Shown piece after piece: positions 34,840-46,429 of a DNA stretch of 64,000 nucleotides; position 1 is the stretch's first letter, and the number at the start of each line of letters is the position of its first letter. The translations under genes and the position numbers were made by a program. The stretch is from Guillardia theta CCMP2712. Taxonomy: Eukaryota; Protista; Cryptophyta. The notes below the pieces were generated by a model. The model worked only from the letters and a program-made list of their open reading frames with translations, did no database searches and was not told the origin of the DNA. Location: the NCBI RefSeq assembly GCF_000315625.1, contig NW_005434632.1, forward strand, positions 394,909-458,908. Direction: 5' to 3'.

Positions 34840-36126
34840 TCAAGGGCTCCTGTACAAGGGATGATTCACAAACCAGTCCATCCACTTTGTATCTCCCGAG
34901 AGATTTTCTATCTCCTCTTCCCCCGAGAAAGAGTTCAATATCGGCATGCTGCCCTCCCGCGACCGCTTGTCCAAGTCTCCGCTGCCTGAACAACTAGCTA
35001 GGTCGAACGACTGCGATGGGCTGCCGTCCTGCTCCAAGCACGTGCTGCTCCCGTTGTCCCTCAGGCTGAACCTCCTTGCTCCTACTTCGCTCTCCAACGA
35101 CTTCAAGTCTTCCAGTCTCAACAAGTCCTCCTGCTCCTCCACGGGTTGCTCCATCGAGGCGGGCTCAGCCGCTGATGGCAGCGAAGACGAGCTCGACGCC
35201 TCCCATACCTCGGGGATCTCGATAGCCTCCAGCAAGCTGGGAGGGCTGGGAGGGCTGGGAGGGCCGGACCCTCCCCTGTCTTGCCGCGTCCTTGGCTTCT
35301 TATTTTCTCTTGTCTTCTCGTTCTTGTCCTGCTTCGCCTTGCTTTCATTCGCAGCGTCTGAGTTCCGATTGTTCGGCCACTTGAAGATTCCCAGGGCCCT
35401 GCACGCTGTCTTCAACGCCGAGAGAGATATTCCCTGCCAATCGACATCAGAAACAGCCCACACCAACGCAGAGGTTGTGGAAAGGAAGGAAGGAAGGAAA
35501 AGAGGGAAGTGGGGGGGGGGAGGAGCAACATGCAAGAAGCGGAAGGAAAATAAAGGGCGAAGAAGAGGAGAAGGAGGAAAGGGAAATGTAAGAACGTAGG
35601 CACAGGGTGGAAGGGAAAGAGATGGGAGGAGGAGATTATCACTTACAAGCTCCCTGGCAGCTTCAATCTGACGGAGATGGAACAAGCTGCAGATCTTAGC
35701 ATAACTGAGAGCCACAATCTCCTTGCTGGAAGGCATCTGCCCTCCTTGCTTCTTCCTTGGCATCACGTAGTGGACGTGAGGCTGAGGTGGTAGCTGCTGT
35801 TGTTGTGGCCTTGAGTTCGCCTTCATGGCTGACTCTCGAATGGCCTCCTCCTGCAGCTTGTGAAATGACTCTGCAAGCATTTGAGAGTAGACGCTGGGCG
35901 GTGGAGGTAGCAGAGTAGGAGCCATTCCTATTCTTTGGGTGCTGGGCAATAGGGGAGGAGGAGGAGGAGTAGAACTGATCTGATCTGCGGGCACAACGCC
36001 AGTGCCCATGCATGAAACGTGTGATGGAACACACATCAAATTTTCTGGCATCCCAATCTCCGATCTCTGATCATATGCATTGTGATCGACAAGCTGAACT
36101 GGTACAAACATCCCGTTGTCTCCCAT
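34840..36126 (-). CDS. RWP-RK domain transcription factor
   Basis: LSYAKICSLFHLRQIEAAREL|GISLSALKTACRALGIFKWP. The domain is split by an intron at ~35434-35646. An upstream exon is possible. Confidence 0.88.
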   Translation of the reverse strand: MGDNGMFVPVQLVDHNAYDQRSEIGMPENLMCVPSHVSCMGTGVVPADQISSTPPPPPLLPSTQRIGMAPTLLPPPPSVYSQMLAESFHKLQEEAIRESAMKANSRPQQQQLPPQPHVHYVMPRKKQGGQMPSSKEIVALSYAKICSLFHLRQIEAARELVSDNLLLPSLSLPPCAYVLTFPFPPSPLLRPLFSFRFLHVAPPPPHFPLFLPSFLSTTSALVWAVSDVDWQGISLSALKTACRALGIFKWPNNRNSDAANESKAKQDKNEKTRENKKPRTRQDRGGSGPPSPPSPPSLLEAIEIPEVWEASSSSSLPSAAEPASMEQPVEEQEDLLRLEDLKSLESEVGARRFSLRDNGSSTCLEQDGSPSQSFDLASCSGSGDLDKRSREGSMPILNSFSGEEEIENLSGDTKWMDWFVNHPLYRSP

Positions 36127-37006
36127 GTTCACCAAACTCTGTATTCCACGTTAGCCCTCTGTGCTTGATCTGGAGATCCTTGAATTCTTCATTTCCTGTT
36201 GTACTGTGCCTTGAAATCTGAACACAATAAACTAATCAGCGAGCATGAAGTCACACGGTACATCAGTTTGTTTTGTACGTCAAAGGTCCTCAAATTACAG
36301 AACAGCGCGAAGCAATTTTCTTCCCCCTCGCGAACCCCCCCCTCCCCTCCCCCCCCCCTCCTAACCCTTCCCCCATTCTTCTTAGCCTGACTCCTGCTTC
36401 TACCTCAGAGTCTGAGGGTTTCCTTGGTTTCTTGTCTCCTTGCTGAATATCTTGCCCTCCCAAACATTCAACATTGCCCACTCCCCTCCTTCCCTTTGCT
36501 CCCCTCCCGTCCCCCTAGCTTCTTCTATGTCCCCTCCCCTCCCCTCCACTTGATCCCCTCACTAACAACTCCTCCTTGAGCTCTTCTCTCCTATTCTATC
36601 CTTCTCTGTCTCAGTCCTGCTCCCTGCTCCCTACCACCGTTTCCTTCTCCTCAGCTACCCTGCTTGATTGTACGACCAAAATCTCAAACGCACTCTTTCA
36701 GGGGGAGGATTCATTTGGAGGGGTAGGGGTAGAATCGATGGTTATTCAACAGGGAAATATTAGGATGAAATACAGTCAAATGGGAGGTGGGGGTGGGAAG
36801 AAGCGATGGTCCAGATTCGGGAATACTTTTTGGATAAAAATTGTTATAGGATTGGTGATATAAAAAACGCATCGTATCAGGGGGGTTGTGAATTAAATTT
36901 CAAGTTTAGTTCTAATATTTCAAAATTAATCACATAATTTCATGCAACCCATCATGTATGCAAAATAAAAAGTTTTAGGAACGGAGAGAAAGTATGAAAA
37001 GAGGTT

Positions 37007-39230
37007 TTATCGGTGGGATGAGCGTCCAGCGCCCGCCAGCAGGGATGCTGATGCAAAATTAAGAAGGCGGGGGGCGCAATGTTTTGATGGGAGAAAGGGG
37101 GGTAGGGGTGTAGAACAAACGGACGGGGTCATACATGGGAGAATCAGGGGGTGAAGGGGAAGGAGGGGTGGAGGCACCTGCAAGCGCAATGTCTTGATCC
37201 GTAGTCGGCCTCCCAACACTAAGTCGCACAGCTCTGCGAGGGAGGCAGCAAGGTCAGTGATGGTTCCGGATGCGGAGATGGCAGCACCTGAAAGCTTTGT
37301 CCTTGCTGATGTTCATAGCCTTGAGGACATGGCTGACCTGATGATCCAATGTGCTCAGAAGCCGGGATTGAACCGATCTCGTTCTTACATGCCCCGTCTG
37401 CCCTGCGTGACAAGCACTGCCTGCAGAGAAGGCTAGGCGATCGGCTGTCTGAGCAATGATCTGAAGATCGCCTTAAGGGAACAATCGCAGTCAGGAAAAT
37501 CTAGCGAGTTATACCTGGTCGTTGGTTGGGGACGAAATTGGAAACGAAATCTGCAGAAGTCACCATGAGATCGAACACACGAGAAGGGGAGGTTGAGCAC
37601 GTTGAGGGTATTTGGGAGACGACGCTCAGGATGCCTGCACAAGCACTCACGAAGCACATCGAACCTGCGGATCAATACCCGTTGAGCTCTATACCCGGAA
37701 TAGCCTGGTGATCACTCACTGAGTCAGCGGACCAGCGGCATCATGGAGCGGTTGAAAATAGCATCATGCCTTTGCCAGTAAATCATGCAGCAGATCTCTC
37801 ATCTTGCGGAGATGTTCGGAGTCTTTCAGAAGGTTGTCCTTGCAGACCTTGCATGCCGCTCCCAACGCCACGAGGTGCCTGCGAAGAACAGTTGGGGAAG
37901 TGGAAAGAATTGATAGTGATGAATGTCAAGATTCAGCAGGAGATCGATGAGAACAACAACAAGGGACAAGTAGAAGGAACAAGACAGAGAGCATTCATAC
38001 ATGGTGTTTTCTGTGCCGGCCCTTCGTCCTCGCTCGTGCCCTGCACCATGCATGAAGCTGCATCGCGTCATTCTTGTGTAAGGAAAGGGAACGAGAGCTC
38101 TCACTTGGGAAGTTCGGTTCCATGACGGATGTACAACGCTCCGACCCCAGCAGGAGCATAGAGCTTGTGACCTGGCCAAGTTCCGGAGTCCGTTAACGTG
38201 TTCGCTACAACATGCTTTGCATGTTCACCAGCGACGGTCAAGAAGTCGACTCCGAGGTCATTCACGTCAACAGGGATCTAGAGATAACTTTCATTGCCCT
38301 GCCTGAAAGCGGCAAGCTCAACCTTGCCAATCGCTTGCGAGGCATCGGTGTGTACCAGGACGCCTGCGAGTAAAATCAGGAAGACCGGGGCGCCCACCAG
38401 TAGTCCGGCACCTTTGCTCCTTGCGATCTGGGCAATGCTCCGGATGTCGTTGATGGTTCCTGTCTCATTGTTCGCCAGCATGACTGCAAGGGGTGGATTT
38501 AAGTGGCGCCAGCAACACAGGAAAGGATACTCGTAACAAGGGCCGTGTCTTCCCTTATGGCAGCTCGCACTTGCTCGGGGTCAACCTCTCCGTACTCGTT
38601 GACCCCCACGTGCGTGATCTCCATGCCGTGAACCTCCTCGAGATACTTGCAGCACTCCAGCACGGCGACATGCTCGGCTGCGCTCGTCACGATGTGTCTC
38701 TTGGTCTTCCTCAACCTCTCGGCTGTTCCTTTGAGCGCCCAGTTGATCGACTCCGTTCCCCCTGAGGTAAAGAACACCTCCTCACTCGAGCACCCGATGA
38801 GATCAGCGACCTCCTCTCTCGCCTGCTCGAGTATGAGTGCAGCTGCAGAGGAAGGGAGGGCAGGGAGCTCACGACCTTGGCCACAGCTTCCTTCTCCTTC
38901 ACTCCGTACCAGTGCGATGAGCTGGGATTTCCGAACCTCCCCTGTTCCATGTAAAAGAAAGGCATGAGAACGATGTTGTCTTGACTATGCACTTCCTCGT
39001 TCTCTCTCCTTCCTGGCCCCCAACCCCTCTCCCTCACTCCTCACCTCTCCCTTCTTCTCCCCTCCTCAGCTTCTTCCCACTGAGCGACAGGTGACCATAT
39101 CTAACAATCTCTGATGTCTTCCTCTCTCTCTCTCACTCACTCTCACCTCTATGTACGGCTTCATCGCCTGCTGCACCTTCTCGTCCAACGGGGTCGTAGC
39201 GTTGTAGTCCAGGTAGACCATGGTCGCCAT
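37007..39230 (-). CDS. NifS-type cysteine desulfurase / selenocysteine lyase-like (aminotransferase class V), no organellar leader
   Basis: [50 protein letters not shown] (PLP Lys), [16 protein letters not shown] (catalytic Cys) and VRLSVGR. Confidence 0.92.
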
Positions 39231-40678
39231 AATTTCACCCCACCTACCGTACTGACTTCAACACCCCTACCTACTGAAGTGAAAAACCTACCCCTTTAAT
39301 TACAAGGTTTTTGGTATATATTTACCCGGTACTTGCGTGACCCCACCCTGAAAAATGTGCCGATCAACCAAGTGGATCAACAAGTGTAGGCTACTGACGA
39401 GATTGAGCATGAAAATACAAGATGAACGTGCGCAACCATTCTGATGTCTTCCTACATATCACACGAAAACATTTGAATCAGTTACAAAGTGATGAATGGA
39501 AAGAATCACAGTCATTCGTAGTGTAACAAGTAAGATTCTTGAATTTACAGACAGGAAAGGGGACATCGCTCACACAATGCATCGAGAGGACTGGGCTCTT
39601 CCATCTGAGTTTTAGATATGGTTCGAAGGTGTCATACTACTGAGGTTTCAAACTACATATAGTTGTCATACAACTATGTGGTGTTGTGAAAAAATTCATC
39701 GGCAATGAAACTCAAACGTTCGAATGAATCCATCATTTTCTACTCAGCGCATGACTCGCACAAAGAACAGAAGAATTGAAGCAAGTAGATATTCGTATTT
39801 CATTTTTTGCTGCAAAACTTAGAATACTGTGATGGATAGAAATCACAACACTAAATTCATCCCACAAGATCATCTTGCTCTCGTGAAATGAGAAGAGGTT
39901 GAATTCTAAAGCAATTAACGACAAAGGTTTACCAAGGTTGATATTCCTTCAGATCTCGCCAATGCTGCAAACAGGTCCATATCATCATGTTCTGCAAACT
40001 CATGCAAAATCATAAGTCAACTCTTTCTTGTACAGAAGAAACGAACTTATTCAAATACTCTTATGGACCCCAGTCAGAGCCATGAAAGCACAAAAAGATG
40101 TTCAATGAAAAACACGCAAAGGTGAGAACAAGTTAAATCAAAACAGGATGTCGCAGTGGGCTCTGCGGCGATAGCATACCACGCTGAACAATCACATCAG
40201 AGACCTCAAAACAGGAGAAACATGAAGACATCACCGAAAACGGCTGTTGAAAGCATTCCTGCGGGTGCAAGCTGCAATCCTTGACCAACATGGTGAATTG
40301 TTGAGGCAGCATTCTGTCATTGGCAGCCATGACCTGCTTCATGAGAACGCCTCAGCATCTCCGCAGCATGGTTTCTTTGCGGGGCGAACACATGAGTTGC
40401 ACCAAAGGACATGGGTTTCAAGAGGAAGCAGATGTTGGTATTTCAGCAACGCAATCACATCAAGAAGGCAGGGTGTTTGAGATTGGAGCATGCAAACTAC
40501 CTTCTGAAACAGCATGCTCGTGACGTCCTTCCCTCTCTCCTCTCCCCTCCCCGATGCCATCAGCGCCGCTGCTGCCTTGGTCAAGCCCATTCCAAGCGCC
40601 TCCCAAAATATCACGGCGATGCGGGGAGGAGGGGGGCCACAACTTCTTTTAAATAACGGTTTCCATCGCTCCGTTGCA

Positions 40679-43600
40679 ATGTCAACGATAGAAGTAACGG
40701 AAGAATCCAGGATACAGCACAAGGCATGCATGGCAACAGCGACAGTAGGAGGGAGCAGGAGGAGCTAAGAAGGAAAGGAGGAGTGGCAAGAGGCGCGGCA
40801 GTGGAAGAGGGAGCAGGGAGAGGAGCATGGGTGGAAGGAGGAGCAGGGTGAGAGGAGTATCGTGCCAATAGATGAGGAGAAGAAGATTGCAAGTCGAGCA
40901 TGTATGAAATCGGATATAGAGACTTGGGTGCGATGCAGGAGCATGATGAAATCAGAGATCGAGGCCGGATCAGGAAAGAAACTATGTTTTTGCATGCATC
41001 GGACTCAGAAAAAGAGGGGGTGTTTAGAATGTAGCTGTGAGGAACCAAGAAGTAATCATGTGTTGTGGATTCCTTGTAACGATTCTTCAGGGCGAGGACT
41101 ATCTGCATGTGAAAAGCTCACGGAGTGCATCGAGATGCAACGGAGACAGGGCGTAAGAGCCAGGCACGATGACGAAAAGAGCTCAGATCAGGACCAGGAT
41201 GACGACGAGGTCATCGGAGTGAAGTACGGAGACTTTGTGCTTGTAGCTTGTGAAGAAGGGCTGCCATTCATCGCCTTCATCTGCGAGCCTAAGGCTCACA
41301 TGTGCAAGGGCACTGGGACTGTCAAGGTCATGTGGCTATACAGACAAGACGACGTGGACGCCAAGGTGCTCGTAAGAGAGTCCAAGAGGCTCAAGTGTCA
41401 GGTAGGTGGAGGGGTAAATGTAGTAGGGCAGTCACGAGGGCTGCAGCTGCTGGATCGCAACCGGGAGATTTTCTGGAGTTTCCACATGGATGAGTGCCCG
41501 TTAGAGAGCATGCTGCGCCATACGAGGGTGCTGGTGCCCTCCAAAGAGCCAGAAGGTCAGTGAAGATGAGAACATGACGAAGTTCTCCTCAACGTGCTGG
41601 CGCTCTTAGATCCGGACAAGCATGTGAAGCAAGACGAGATGATGTGCCGCTTTGTGTTTGATCCGATCAAGGAGAAGTTGTCTCATCTGAACTCGAGTAG
41701 GGAAAACTCATGCAGCATGCTTCTCTCTGACTTGAGCCTGGTCCTTGTGCGCAGAGCACTGGAGGACCGATTTACAAAACCACATTGAGAGGGCTAAGAG
41801 CATCAACAAGTAAGTTCTCTCGTTTGCGAGCCTCTGACTTTTGGATCGACCCTGTTTCATTATCATGACTTCATGTGGCCCACCTCCCTCCCTCCCTCCC
41901 TCCCTCCCTCCCTCCCTCCCTCCCTCCCTCCCTCCCTCCCTCCCTCCCTTCTGCTGCACCTCATCCCCTCGCCCCCGGGTCGCAAATGCCTCCAATTTCT
42001 GTCTCGCTCCCTCGATTGCCCTTCCTATCTGTTCATACGCGCATCAAGGTATCCGTATGCTATGAAGTCTTCCAAGTCCAAACCCTCGATATTGAAGAAG
42101 CCGGCTCGTCGCGAGGATGCTGAAGAGGGGGCGAGTGGTAGCAGGTGTGGACTTGTTCGTGCGGTCAGAATGTGCGTGAAAAACTTTCAAGTGCTCAGAA
42201 GAAACCGGTGAAAGAGAGTGAAGAGAGTCGAGCGAAGGCAACGGGCCAAGCAAGTGAGTCTGCTCAAAAGGTTGCAGAGAATGCAGGGCGAGACGCAAAG
42301 TCCAGGTAAAAAGGAGGAAGGAGGAGGAGAGGAGGAGAAAAATTTCCTTCTTGTTGACATGTAGCAGGGCTGAAGCTAGGATGATCGAGGCAGCTCTTCG
42401 GGCTTCACTTCAAGAACCAACTGCAGCAAGTTCCAAGGGTAGCAGCTTACCTAAGGCGGTCAACACCAAGAAGAATCAGATAGTCCAGAAGGAGAAGAGC
42501 AGGGAGGTAGAGGCGAAGCATGTGGAAGAGAGCGTGAGGATTAATCAAAGGAGGAGGAGAATCATTGAGGAATCTGACGATGAGCTTGACAACAAGAGGT
42601 AAGACGAAGCTCACACTTACATCTCCCCCCGGTTGACTCGGGCTTGCAGTGAGTCTAGTTCCAAGAGGCTCAAGGGGGCCAACCCGTCAGCGGCGTGGAA
42701 GCAGGAGAAGGTACAGGCAAACGTCAAGGACAGCTCCAACGTCGATCCCAAAGGCTCCCAACCCACCAGCTCCCGTGTGTGTAAGTCTGAGGAGGTAGAC
42801 ACGAGGCAGCACGAGCCTCCCAAACGAGGCGAAGGGGCTAAGAAGAAGGTGGGAGGCATAACCGTGCCCATCGTCAAGCTCGAGGAGGAGATCGGCTCGT
42901 CCTCTGCTGCTTCCCCGATGCTGATGCACTCGCGGGAGAGTGCGGTACGAGGAAGGCCATGGCTGCTCTCGCGCAAGATGATCCAGGGTGGAGGGTGCGA
43001 GCGGATGGTCGCAAAGCAAGGGAACATTCTGCAAGAGCAGCTGGCTGAGGTGACGTGGCAGAGCAACCGGCCGCAGCTGATGTCCAAGGATGCGCATGAC
43101 GGAGTATCGGAGATCTTGGAGGAGACGAGGGGAGTGAGGCTAGAGGACGTGAGCGCCGTACGGAGGAGCGAGAGGGAGCATGCGAGGGACTGGATGTTCG
43201 ACAGTGAGGACCTGGGAGGAGCAGGAGGGAAGAAGCTGAAGGAGCCAACGAGGGCGGAAAGGGAGCTGAGGGAGAAGGAGCGATACCTCGGGCATCTGAT
43301 AGGGAGGGAGACAGCGACGAGACTGAGGGTCAAGGAGCATGCAGTGTATCGCCTGGTGGAGGCCTTGCAAGGCGTCATCAACCAGTCCGACCACTTCGTC
43401 GACTTCGCCTGCGGGAACAACAGGTTTGGCAGCATCCTGTGCCAGTGCTTCGGCCTGTCGTGGTCCTCCTACGACGAGGCCGTGCCGGAGGACAGGAACT
43501 ACATGGGCAAGAGCTGGATGTTAGCTGGGCCCTCAGACGTCCCAGCGAACGTGGTCATAGGGATCTTCCCTCCACTGCACAAGGGACCGATCATGTGTGA

Positions 43601-43814
43601 GATGTACCTGCAGCATGCTCTCCAATTTCGGCCGAGGCTCCTCGTGCTGCTCGTACCAGCCTCATGCCGCTGGTGCCCGGACAAGAGGAAGTATGAGGAG
43701 CTGATGAGGAGGAAGGGCTTCTGCAGCGAGGTGGACTTTGCTACTGAGCAGGGGCATGGAGACCTGGCTCTGCAGCGAGTGAGCCTGGACCTCTTGATCC
43801 TCCGGCGGGTATGA
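40679..43814 (+). CDS. BAH domain + UIM + EDM2-like C-terminal methyltransferase-fold protein
   Basis: BAH: VKYGDFVLV..PFIAFI..VKVMWLYRQDDV..REIFWSFHMDECPLESM..CRFVFD. UIM: EARMIEAALRASLQE. C-term: FVDFACGNNRF..YD..SWM..VIGIFPPL..QHALQFRPRLLVLLVP. Exons from the BAH region to the stop join in frame via GT-AG introns; the start codon is tentative. Confidence 0.8.
41885..41948 (+). repeat. (CCCT)n intronic microsatellite
   Basis: Directly visible. Confidence 0.95.
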
Positions 43815-44109
43815 GAACCGAGAAGGTCAGAGAGAATGTGATAATGGAAATAGAAATCGGCGATGGCTAGAAAACTGTCCAGCACATACAGCTGGGTGAC
43901 TTAAAAGCTGGGAAAGAAGTGGGGAAGGGGTGGGGGATCAGTGCTGGCATGTCCTAACTTTCCCCTCCAGCTCTTCCGGCAAATCATGACTGCGATGACT
44001 TCATTCTTACAAGATTTCTTCATATTCGTGGCTCGTTGCTCGACGCAAAGTTAAACTCATGCTCCTGATCCTGATCCTGATCCTGATCCTGCAATTCCAT
44101 ACGTCAGCA

Positions 44110-45235
44110 CATAACAACACTACTCCGGTTCCCCCTCACCTCCATCGCTTCCTGCGTTGTCAGTGAGCGGAGTAGGATTGTTCTGCAAGTTGGCATTCTG
44201 ACAAAGAAAAAAACTGATCAGAGACAGGAGGCATCCACACAAAGATCACGTTGGTCTGCTTCTTGAAGGCCACAATCTCCTGGCAAGGAGGGGTACCCCT
44301 ACCAACTCCGTGCTTGCCGTCCTTGTCGACTGATCCGGTGCCTTATTACACAGTCAAACACACGAGGCTGTCGACAGGGAGCATTCACAGTCAGGAGAAG
44401 TCTCGTCCTTCTCAGCTTCGTCGATGATGGACCCTGCGACGATGCGTGGAGAAAGCTTGCCGTTCACTACCTGCGACCGCCGTCAGGTTGTCACACTGTT
44501 GTGCTGCTTTTCCTACAGCCATGGTGGGAGCGTTCTCGAGCTCCTTCTCATAGTTTCCTGTCACACCACTGCATGCGCGTTACTCTGAAAGTGGGCGTGA
44601 CGGCAGCGCAAGATACCTGGTGATGTACTTGGATTCCGCCCTGTAGTTAGGGAGAGATCCTCGCAACCAGGCCGCCCGCTTGTCGTCCAGACCGTCCAAC
44701 ACCTTCTGATACATCTTGGCACCGACCTTTCCGGTCACATCGATGTTGTCCTTGTTGGCAGCGTCAATGATGGCGTCAGCTACCGTCGCATCGTCCGAAT
44801 GTGACCCGTCAACGTTGTTGAACTCTTCCGTCATAGTCTTCTCCATGGTTGGCCCGTTGGCTCCCATGATCGCCTGTGCCTCTACCTCATCCGTGGGAAC
44901 GGAGCCAGTTATAGTGCCAGCTTGGTTGGCAGGCAGATTGTTAAGCTCATTATTGACATCGTTCTGGGCTTCATCCACCATGTTCTGGCCAACGACTATG
45001 TCTTCAAGAGCGGTACGTCTGACCTTAGAGCCGTCCTGGGTTGAGAGCGCGATGACAACGAGGCCGATCAGAATCACTGAAGTTGCGGCAGCAAAGAATT
45101 TCCTTTGGCAAACAAGTTAGTTACGCGGAGAGGAACATGCCAGAGAAAATTCCAAGGACGGTTAACAAGAAGTCGGCAAGATACGAAGAACGATCACTAT
45201 TGTTGTAGTAGAGATCATCATTATGTCATGACATG
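44110..45235 (-). CDS. Hypothetical acidic protein with N-terminal TM anchor
   Basis: ILIGLVVIALS then an acidic D/N-rich ORF at 44617-45085, with further small GT-AG exons down to ~44110. Confidence 0.55.
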
Positions 45236-45335
45236 CTTTCATCCCATCTTTCGATCATCATTTCCATCTCCACGACCTCACCAACTTAAGAACCACGTCT
45301 CTATCCATTGCGACACTCTCGTCCCATCACATTAG

Positions 45336-45585
<250 letters not shown>

Positions 45586-46280
45586 GGACATCAGACTATC
45601 TGCATCAGTCTCGTGCATGGCAATCATCACGCTTCTCCTCTGTCGCTTCTCTCTCCTCACCTTCCATCTTTCCTTCCCCCTCGGATCTCCGCCAAGGGCG
45701 CCGTCAGGTGCTCCATTGTCATTGTCACCCGAAATAGCACTGATGACCCCTGTTACTCATCAGTACCCCGAACTGTCCATCTTCGCCTGAGCCTAGTATC
45801 ATTCTATAGGATACTAGGGGCTCAGGTCCTATCCTTTGCTAGTACGGTACTACCCGATGATCCAACATTGCCGCTTCGGACCCCACCCCACTGGGCCGGG
45901 CCCGGCCGGGCCCGGTGACTCATGAGTCAGTGAGAGAGGCCCGGCGGCGCCGCGGGGCCGGCTGCCGGCCGCGCGGGCGCTGCGGGGGGCACTCTGAGTG
46001 ACTGCAGCACTGTCCGACCGGGGCCAGGCTTGCGGAAAAAGTAATCGTACCTAACTTTGAGTAAAGACTGAGTCACTCAGTGAGTTTAGTGATACTATGA
46101 TAATGCCGGCCCCCCCCCCGCCAGCCTGCCAGTCGGATACTAACCGATCATGGCACTGCCGCAGGAGCAAAACTAGCCTTGTCAGACATCCCTGAGTCAA
46201 GTCACTAGAACTTCAGGCGGCCGCCGGCCGAGTCGGAGGCTCGGAGACTGCGGCAGTGCTCAGTAATCTTTACGTGACTG

Positions 46281-46429
46281 AACTTTGAGTAAAAGTGACG
46301 GTGAGCCGCTCACCGTGAATCAGTATAAGAGAGAAAAAAAAAACGGCGTAGGGGGCTTCAAGTGACTTCAGGCGCGAGCCAAGGGGGCTCTAGCGCGGCC
46401 CACTAGGTCACTTTTCTTTACTCAAAGTT
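46281..46429. mobile_element. Possible ~150-bp MITE-like unit with terminal inverted repeats
   Basis: aactttgagtaaaagtgac (46281-46299) versus gtcacttttctttactcaaagtt (46407-46429; reverse complement aactttgagtaaagaaaagtgac). A third copy of the word is at 46052-46067. No TSD seen. Confidence 0.4.

Noticed and set aside
39400-40520. Possible multi-exon plus-strand gene
   Set aside because: Short AT-rich exon-like pieces with no recognisable domain or consistent frame.
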